A stretch of DNA of 64,000 nucleotides, taken from NCBI GenBank assembly GCA_965116475.1, contig OZ220691.1:352001-416000 (forward strand), read 5' to 3'. The notes beneath the pieces were generated by a model. The model searched no databases and was not told the DNA's origin. It saw only the letters and a program-made list of their open reading frames with translations. The position numbers and the translations under genes were made by a program. This stretch comes from Gemmatimonadota bacterium. GTDB taxonomy: Bacteria; Gemmatimonadota; Gemmatimonadetes; Palauibacterales; Palauibacteraceae. This document shows positions 58,597-64,000 of the stretch, piece after piece; the stretch's first letter is position 1, and each line of letters starts with the position of its first letter.

Positions 58597-59337
58597 CTAG
58601 TCGTGCATGTGTTCCAGGTAGATGCGCTCGAGATCCGCGTGGCCGATCTCGTCCGTGCTCATCTCCGTGACGAGGCCTCCGTAACGCATGATGCCCACGC
58701 GCGTCCCGGTCTCCTTGGCGCGAAACAGGTCGTGGGTCGCCATGAGCACCGCGACCCCGCCGTGCCTGAGCCGTTCGATCAGGGCCGAGAACTCGTTGGA
58801 GGCCTTGGGGTCGAGGCCGGACGTCGGCTCGTCGAGCAGGAGGGCGTCCGCTTCCTTGGCCATCGCGATCGCGATGCCGACCTTCTGCCGCATGCCCTTG
58901 GAGTACTCGGACACGCGGCGGTCGACCGCGTCGCGCTCCAGACCGGCTTCGACGAGGATGTCCGCGAGCCGCTCGCGCCCCAGCGACCCTTTCCCCCCCA
59001 GGGCGGCGAAGTACTCGAGGTTCTCGAGTCCGCTGAGGTTGCGGTACAGCATCACCTGCTCGGGGATGTAGGCGAGCCGGCGCTTCGTCTCGCGGTCGTG
59101 GGCGGACACGTCCAGCCCGGAGACCAGGGCCTGGCCTCCCGACGGCGACACGAAGCCGAGGAAAAGGTTGATCGTCGTGGTCTTCCCCGCCCCGTTGGGG
59201 CCGAGGAGGCAGTAGACCTCTCCCGGCTCGATGGCCAGGTCGAGGGAATCGAGGGCCTGCGTGGCGCCGTAGCGCTTGCTGAGCCCGCGGGCCTCGAGGA
59301 GGGGCGGCTGCCCCGCTCTCGATTCGGCGGTCTGCAT
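58597..59337 (-). CDS. ABC transporter ATP-binding protein
   Basis: Walker A GPNGAGKTT, signature YSKGM, Walker B LLLDEP, H-loop TH. Confidence 0.95.
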   Translation of the reverse strand: MQTAESRAGQPPLLEARGLSKRYGATQALDSLDLAIEPGEVYCLLGPNGAGKTTTINLFLGFVSPSGGQALVSGLDVSAHDRETKRRLAYIPEQVMLYRNLSGLENLEYFAALGGKGSLGRERLADILVEAGLERDAVDRRVSEYSKGMRQKVGIAIAMAKEADALLLDEPTSGLDPKASNEFSALIERLRHGGVAVLMATHDLFRAKETGTRVGIMRYGGLVTEMSTDEIGHADLERIYLEHMHD

Positions 59338-59341
59338 GGGT

Positions 59342-59455
59342 CTCCATCTCTCGCGTTGGCCGCGCCATCAGCGGCGCGGTCGACAAGTCTCCTGCCGGTC
59401 TCCGGACCGGGAGAGCGGCTCTTCGCTACAGACTTTCGCTACAGAGAGATGGGAA
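59342..59455 (-). promoter_or_regulatory. RBS-sequestering mRNA structure between leader ORF and ABC ATPase
   Basis: mRNA CCAUCUCUC (59452-59444) is complementary to GAGAGAUGG (59352-59344), overlapping the GGAG SD; internal hairpins at 59395-59410 and 59360-59379. Confidence 0.7.
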
Positions 59456-59756
59456 GCGGGGGAGCCCGGCTGCGGTGAGGAGAGAGATGGACCGCCCGGA
59501 CATTCAGCCGGTGTCCGCGAAGCGCCGGAGCCGGCACGAGACGGGGACCGCCGACAGTCGGCGTCACCGTGGACACCACCGGGTCCGCCTTGTGCGTCAG
59601 TTCGCATATCGAACACGCCGCCGGCGAATCGGCGTCGTCGTCATGCGAATGCGTACCCTCCGCGAGGCCGACGACGACGAGCGAAAGGCCCACCAGGATT
59701 CCGGGCAGCCAGCGCATGTGGCGCCTGGGTCCTCCGGCATCAACCTGGTTTGCCAT
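59439..59756 (-). CDS. DUF2946/CruR-like leader protein with CxxC and RAPP arrest motif
   Basis: GGGAGGGGAG RBS; hydrophobic signal segment; THSHDDD; CSIC...H; C-terminal SRAPPLPISL*. Confidence 0.8.
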   Translation of the reverse strand: MANQVDAGGPRRHMRWLPGILVGLSLVVVGLAEGTHSHDDDADSPAACSICELTHKADPVVSTVTPTVGGPRLVPAPALRGHRLNVRAVHLSPHRSRAPPLPISL

Positions 59757-59818
59757 GGCTCCCCTCCCGTCCCGCGAATCGGCGCGCCGGCCCGCCCGGA
59801 AGCGGCCGCGGCGGCGGC

Positions 59819-59853
59819 ACCTTAGAGAACGCACGATGCCCGGTCAACGTTGA
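59819..59853 (-). promoter_or_regulatory. Sigma70-like promoter with a palindrome over the -35 box
   Basis: TTGACC (59847-59842), 17-nt spacer, TAAGGT (59824-59819); perfect palindrome TCAACGTTGA at 59844-59853. Confidence 0.6.
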
Positions 59854-59880
59854 GCCCAATGACGTGGAGCTAGTGTGGGG

Positions 59881-60360
59881 CTAGTAGAGCGTGCGGTCGC
59901 GCTTTCGGGTCCAGCGCTCGAAGGCGACCCCTGCCCGGTCGGAAGGGATGCGCACGAGCGAGACGATCCGGCGCTCCGCGGGCGGCAGGGAGAACTCGTC
60001 GTAGATGTCTTCGTCGCTGAACCGGATACGGGCCGCGTCCTCGCGGGTGTTGGCGTAGTACACGCGCCGGATCCGGCTCCAGTAGATCGCCCCCAGGCAC
60101 ATCGGGCACGGCTCGCAGCTCGCGTAGAGCTCGCAGCCGCCGAGATCGAACGTGCCCAGGAGCTCGCAGGCCGTTCGAATCGCCCGGATTTCGGCGTGGG
60201 CCGTGGGATCGTTGTCCAGCGTGACGCGGTTCGTCCCCTCGGCGACGATCTCGCCGCCCTTCACCACGACGGCGCCGAACGGCCCGCCGCCCTCCTGGAC
60301 GCTGCGCTCGGACAGCTCGATGGCCCGCTCGATGGCCCGCCTCATGAACTCGTCATGCAT
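59881..60360 (-). CDS. guaD: Nucleoside/guanine deaminase (cytidine deaminase fold)
   Basis: GGPFGAV, NDPTAHAEI.AIR, SCEPCPMCLGAIYW, F.D..IY.E. Confidence 0.88.
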   Translation of the reverse strand: MHDEFMRRAIERAIELSERSVQEGGGPFGAVVVKGGEIVAEGTNRVTLDNDPTAHAEIRAIRTACELLGTFDLGGCELYASCEPCPMCLGAIYWSRIRRVYYANTREDAARIRFSDEDIYDEFSLPPAERRIVSLVRIPSDRAGVAFERWTRKRDRTLY

Positions 60361-60514
60361 CGCGACGCTCGTTTCGCCGGGGCGTGTGCGTTCGACTCCG
60401 GCCCGTCGCCGCGCGGCGGTCGACGCCCGGAGCTGTCCCGGAATATACTCAGCCCGTCCCATCCCCGGTTTCCCGCCGGGGCCGCCGTCTCCCCATACGT
60501 CACGGCGTACGCGA

Positions 60515-61447
60515 TTGACGAACTCGAAGGGTGGCCGCCCGTCCCGACCGCGTCCGCGCGATCTCACGGTGGACCTCGGACTCCTGCTCACCGCGATCAT
60601 CTGGGGCATCAACTTCTCCGTCGTGAAGATCGTCCTGCGATGGGTCGATCCGCTGGCCTTCAACGCCGTGCGCTTCCCGTTCGCGGCGCTGGCCGTCTGG
60701 TTCCTCCTCCGGGCCACGGGACGCCCCGTCTTCCCGCCGCGTAGCGAGTGGCCGCGGATCGTGGGACTCGCGGTCGTGGGACACGTAATCTTCCAGGCCG
60801 CTTTCATCTACGGGATCGACCTGACGCTGACCGGGAACGCCGCCCTGCTCCTCTCCACGAGCCCCGTGTGGGTGCTCCTGATCGCGTCCGTGCTCGGGCG
60901 GGAGCGGTTCAGCCTCGCCATCCTCCTGGGTGTCGTCGCCACGCTCGCCGGCATGGCGATCCTCGTTACCGGGGGCACGGAGGAAGTCGGAGGTGCGGGC
61001 CTCGGCGACCTGCTCGTCCTCGGGGCCGCGCTCTCCTGGGCGTCCTTCACCGTCTTCGGACGGCGCATCACGAAGCGACGCGGGGCGCTGGAGGTGACGG
61101 CGTGGACCCTCTGGGCCGCCCTTCCCGTCATCGTCGTCATGGGGATTCCGGATCTGATGCGCGTCGACTGGGGCTCGATCCCGACGGGGATCTGGTTCGC
61201 GTCGGCCTACACGGGGGTCTTCGGGATCGCCATCGCCTACCTGCTCTGGTCGCGGGGCATGAAGACGATCGGACAGAGCCGGACGGCGGTGTACCAGAAC
61301 CTCGTCCCGGTGATCGCGCTCGCAACGGCGTGGATGTGGCTGGGGGAGACGCCCACGCCGCAGCAACTGGCGGGCGCCGCCGTCATCCTCTCGGGCATCG
61401 CCGTGGCGCGCGGCCTCGCCGGGCGACGGCGCCGCCGCGCGCCGTGA
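60515..61447 (+). CDS. DMT/EamA family transporter
   Basis: About 10 TM helices in two EamA repeats (IWG.NF...K; GD.L.L.A...WA; LGE); start uncertain. Confidence 0.88.
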   Translation: MTNSKGGRPSRPRPRDLTVDLGLLLTAIIWGINFSVVKIVLRWVDPLAFNAVRFPFAALAVWFLLRATGRPVFPPRSEWPRIVGLAVVGHVIFQAAFIYGIDLTLTGNAALLLSTSPVWVLLIASVLGRERFSLAILLGVVATLAGMAILVTGGTEEVGGAGLGDLLVLGAALSWASFTVFGRRITKRRGALEVTAWTLWAALPVIVVMGIPDLMRVDWGSIPTGIWFASAYTGVFGIAIAYLLWSRGMKTIGQSRTAVYQNLVPVIALATAWMWLGETPTPQQLAGAAVILSGIAVARGLAGRRRRRAP

Positions 61448-61475
61448 ACCGAATCACAGGGAGTGACCCGAACGG

Positions 61476-62339
61476 ATGAAGACGCGAGCCACGACCGCCG
61501 AACTCGTCGCCGCCATGCGCGCCCGGCATCAGCGAGACCGGGTCCGCCTCGTGGAGGATCCCTACGCCCTCGGCCTGTGCGGCTGGCACCTGCGCCTTCT
61601 CGTCAGGCTCCGGCCCATCTCCTGGTTCCTGATCAACCATGCTCTGCGGGACCTGCGCCCCAGCATGCTGGGCGTGCTGATCCGGGCGCGGTACGCGGAG
61701 CATGCGCTGGAGGCGGCCATCCGTGACGGGATCACGCAGTATGTGATCATCGGAGCCGGCCTGGACGCCTTTGCGTTTCGCCGGCCCGACCTCATGGAGC
61801 ACCTGCAGGTGTTCGAGATCGATCTGCCCGAGATGCAGGCGATCAAGCGGGAGCGGCTGCGGAAGATGGGCGTGGAGCGACCACCGGGACTCCACTTCGT
61901 CGCGGCGGATCTCGGAGAGGTGCCCGTGATGGAGGCGCTCGCGATGTCCTCGTTCGACTCCGGCCAGCGAGCGTTCCTCTCCCTGCTCGGGGTCACCTAT
62001 TACCTGCCCACGGACGTCATCGCGGCGACCGCCCGTTCGATCGCCTCAGGGGTCGCGCCCGGTTCCCGCTTCGTGCTCGACCACATGCTCGACGACGGCA
62101 GCGCGTGGCCCGAGCACCGTGAGAAGCGGGCAGCCCTCAAGGCGTACGTGGCGAAGCGGGGCGAACCGATGCACGCCGACTACAGTCCGGAGGAGATGAG
62201 CGAACTGATGGCCGGGGCGGGCTTCCGCACGCTGGAGGCCATCACGATGATGGACCTCGGCGACCGGTTCACGAGAGAACTGGGGCCGCTGCCGTTCGAG
62301 ATACCGGGCATCTTCGCCTGCGGCCTCTACGAGGCGTAG
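61476..62339 (+). CDS. SAM-dependent methyltransferase (LCM-like family)
   Basis: TA...A..RA.H, DPYA, QYVIIGAGLD.FA.R, FEID.P, GVTYYL. Confidence 0.9.
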   Translation: MKTRATTAELVAAMRARHQRDRVRLVEDPYALGLCGWHLRLLVRLRPISWFLINHALRDLRPSMLGVLIRARYAEHALEAAIRDGITQYVIIGAGLDAFAFRRPDLMEHLQVFEIDLPEMQAIKRERLRKMGVERPPGLHFVAADLGEVPVMEALAMSSFDSGQRAFLSLLGVTYYLPTDVIAATARSIASGVAPGSRFVLDHMLDDGSAWPEHREKRAALKAYVAKRGEPMHADYSPEEMSELMAGAGFRTLEAITMMDLGDRFTRELGPLPFEIPGIFACGLYEA

Positions 62340-62376
62340 AGGCCGGACTCGCGACGGCCTCCGGCGGCGGTCTACC

Positions 62377-63021
62377 TTGGAGCGCATGTCCGTCGAATGC
62401 AGTGTAGCGGGGATCGTGCTGGCCGCCGGGTCGTCGACCCGCATGGGGCGCAACAAGCTCCTGCTGGCCGTCGGCGGCGAGACGCTCGTGCGCCGCGCCG
62501 CGCGCCTCGCGGGTGAAGCCGGCCTGGACCCCGTCATCCTCGTCACCGGGCGTTTCCGGGAGGCCGTCGCGCGGGAGGTCGAGGATCTCGCCTGCACACC
62601 GGTGTTCAATCCGGACCACGAAACGGGCATCCAGACCTCCGTGGCCTGCGGGGTCGCCGCGGTGCCGGCGGCGTGCGGGGCGGCTGTCGTGGTGCTGCCG
62701 GACATGCCCTTCGTGACCGCGCGCATGGTGCGCACGCTCGTGGAACGCCGCGCGGAGACCGGCGCGCCGCTCGTCGTGTCCCGCTACGGAGGCGAGGTCA
62801 ACGCGCCGCCGATCCTCTACGACCGCAGCCTGTTCGGCGAGATCTCCCGCATGCGGGCGGGCTGCGGGCGGGAAGTCGTCCGACGGCACCACGAGCGGGC
62901 GGTCCTCGTGGAGTGGCCGGCCGACCGCCTGCGCGATCTCGACCGCCCCGACGAGTACGAGTCCCTGCGGCGGGAACTCGCGGGAGCCGGCTCCCGCTCC
63001 GGCTCCGGGGATCTCCCGTGA
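62377..63021 (+). CDS. Molybdenum cofactor cytidylyltransferase (MocA-like)
   Basis: LAAGSSTRMG.NKLL, NPD...G...S, DMPFV, D.D.P..Y; start 62377 or 62386. Confidence 0.88.
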   Translation: MERMSVECSVAGIVLAAGSSTRMGRNKLLLAVGGETLVRRAARLAGEAGLDPVILVTGRFREAVAREVEDLACTPVFNPDHETGIQTSVACGVAAVPAACGAAVVVLPDMPFVTARMVRTLVERRAETGAPLVVSRYGGEVNAPPILYDRSLFGEISRMRAGCGREVVRRHHERAVLVEWPADRLRDLDRPDEYESLRRELAGAGSRSGSGDLP

Positions 63022-64000
63022 ATCGCGACCTGCTCGACTTCGCGGCGCGGCTGACCTCGGAGCGCCAGCCGTACGCGCTCGCCACGGTCGTGCGGAGCGA
63101 GCGCCCCACGAGCGGGAAGCCGGGCAACATGGCGCTGATCTCAGCGGACGGCGTCATGCACGGCTGGATCGGCGGCAGTTGCACCCGGTCGGAGGTCATC
63201 CGCCACGCGCTGGAGACCCTGGACCAGGGGGAGCCCAGGCTCCTCGCCTTCGGGTCGAGTCCCGGGCGTCCGGACGACCTGGTGCCCGTACCCATGTCCT
63301 GCAGCAGCGGAGGGAAGGTGGAGGTACACGTGAATCCGGTTCTGCCGGCCCCCGTCCTGATCGTGGCGGGCCGCTCGCCCGTCGCCCGCGCGCTGGTGCG
63401 CCTCGGCGGGGCGATGGGATACGCAACCGTGGCCGAGGCCTCCGAAGACGAGGCGCTGGCCGCAGCGGCCGACGAGGTCGCGGAGGATCTGGCGGAGACG
63501 GCGGCGCGCTACGCCGAACGCCCGCGCGGCTGGAGGCTGTACGGAGTCGTCGCCACCATGGGACGGCGAGACGAGCGGGCGCTCGCGGAGTTGGCGGCGG
63601 CAGCCCCGGACTACCTGGGCGTGATCGCCTCGCCCACCCGCATGGAGGAAGTGCGCCGCGTCCTGGCCGCCCAGGGACTCGACGCGGAGCAGATCGCGCG
63701 AGTGCGCGGCCCCGCCGGGCTCGACATCGGCGCCGAGAGCCCCGAGGAGATCGCCGTCAGCATCCTGGCGGAGATCGTCCAACGGGTGGCGCAGCCTCGG
63801 GAACCGGAGACCGTCGACGCCGATGACGCGTTGGCGGACGAAGCGACGGACGAGCCGGCGTCCGCGACGCGGGCGACCGACCCCGTGTGCGGTATGAGTG
63901 TCTCGATCTCGGGGTCTCCGTCCTCGGTATTCGAGGGGGAACCCGTCTACTTCTGCTGCGAGGGCTGCCGAACCCGATTCGACGCATCGCCGGAGGCGTA
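63018..64000 (+). CDS. XdhC/CoxF family Mo-enzyme maturation factor with C-terminal YHS domain (3' truncated)
   Basis: GTGA overlap; ALATVV, GWIGGSC, PAGLDIGAESPEEIAVSILAEI, then DPVCGM...YFCCEGC...F; absent from the ORF track because it has no stop in the window. Confidence 0.9.
   Translation, partial: MNRDLLDFAARLTSERQPYALATVVRSERPTSGKPGNMALISADGVMHGWIGGSCTRSEVIRHALETLDQGEPRLLAFGSSPGRPDDLVPVPMSCSSGGKVEVHVNPVLPAPVLIVAGRSPVARALVRLGGAMGYATVAEASEDEALAAAADEVAEDLAETAARYAERPRGWRLYGVVATMGRRDERALAELAAAAPDYLGVIASPTRMEEVRRVLAAQGLDAEQIARVRGPAGLDIGAESPEEIAVSILAEIVQRVAQPREPETVDADDALADEATDEPASATRATDPVCGMSVSISGSPSSVFEGEPVYFCCEGCRTRFDASPEA

Noticed and set aside
57149-59386. Alternative-frame ORF spanning the ATPase and first permease (possible frameshift fusion)
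   Set aside because: Both real genes are intact with their own starts and stops. The translation is low-complexity and I see no slippery site.
60380-60410. GTTCGACTCC resembling a tRNA T-loop upstream of guaD
   Set aside because: The flanks do not form a T stem and there is no cloverleaf.

Overview
High-GC (roughly 70% by eye), gene-dense bacterial chromosomal window. The gene content resembles Gemmatimonadota, possibly marine or sponge-associated lineages; this is inference only. It holds about 50 CDS, mostly exported proteins: tricorn protease, two serine hydrolases, a PD40-amidohydrolase, a VPS10/BNR protein, an amidase-CHRD fusion, an M8-like metalloprotease, beta-propeller proteins and two TonB-dependent receptors. 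It also holds two type II toxin-antitoxin pairs, tRNA-Leu(UAA), dut, an nfeD-floA operon and the start of a Moco/XdhC cluster. I saw no integrase, transposase, CRISPR array or rRNA. The strongest finding is at 59,337-59,853 (minus strand): a sigma70-like promoter, then a 105-aa leader protein with a signal segment, HSH, CxxC and a C-terminal RAPP arrest motif. The nucleotides directly after RAPP can pair with the ribosome-binding site of the next gene. This suggests a metal-sensing ribosome-stalling switch over an ABC ATPase, four DUF3526-type permeases and possibly a ZnuD-like receptor. The second candidate is a dispersed periplasmic copper/haem system (754-18,062): a cytochrome c-fused PHM-like monooxygenase, a PAL-like propeller, a cytochrome c', two DUF6644-like membrane proteins, a DUF6152-like protein and two paralogous Cys-containing lipoproteins. 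Also noted: a structured leader before an orphan solute-binding protein, an unlisted 31-aa membrane peptide, and many short tandem duplications at gene ends. All family names come from motif recognition, not database searches.
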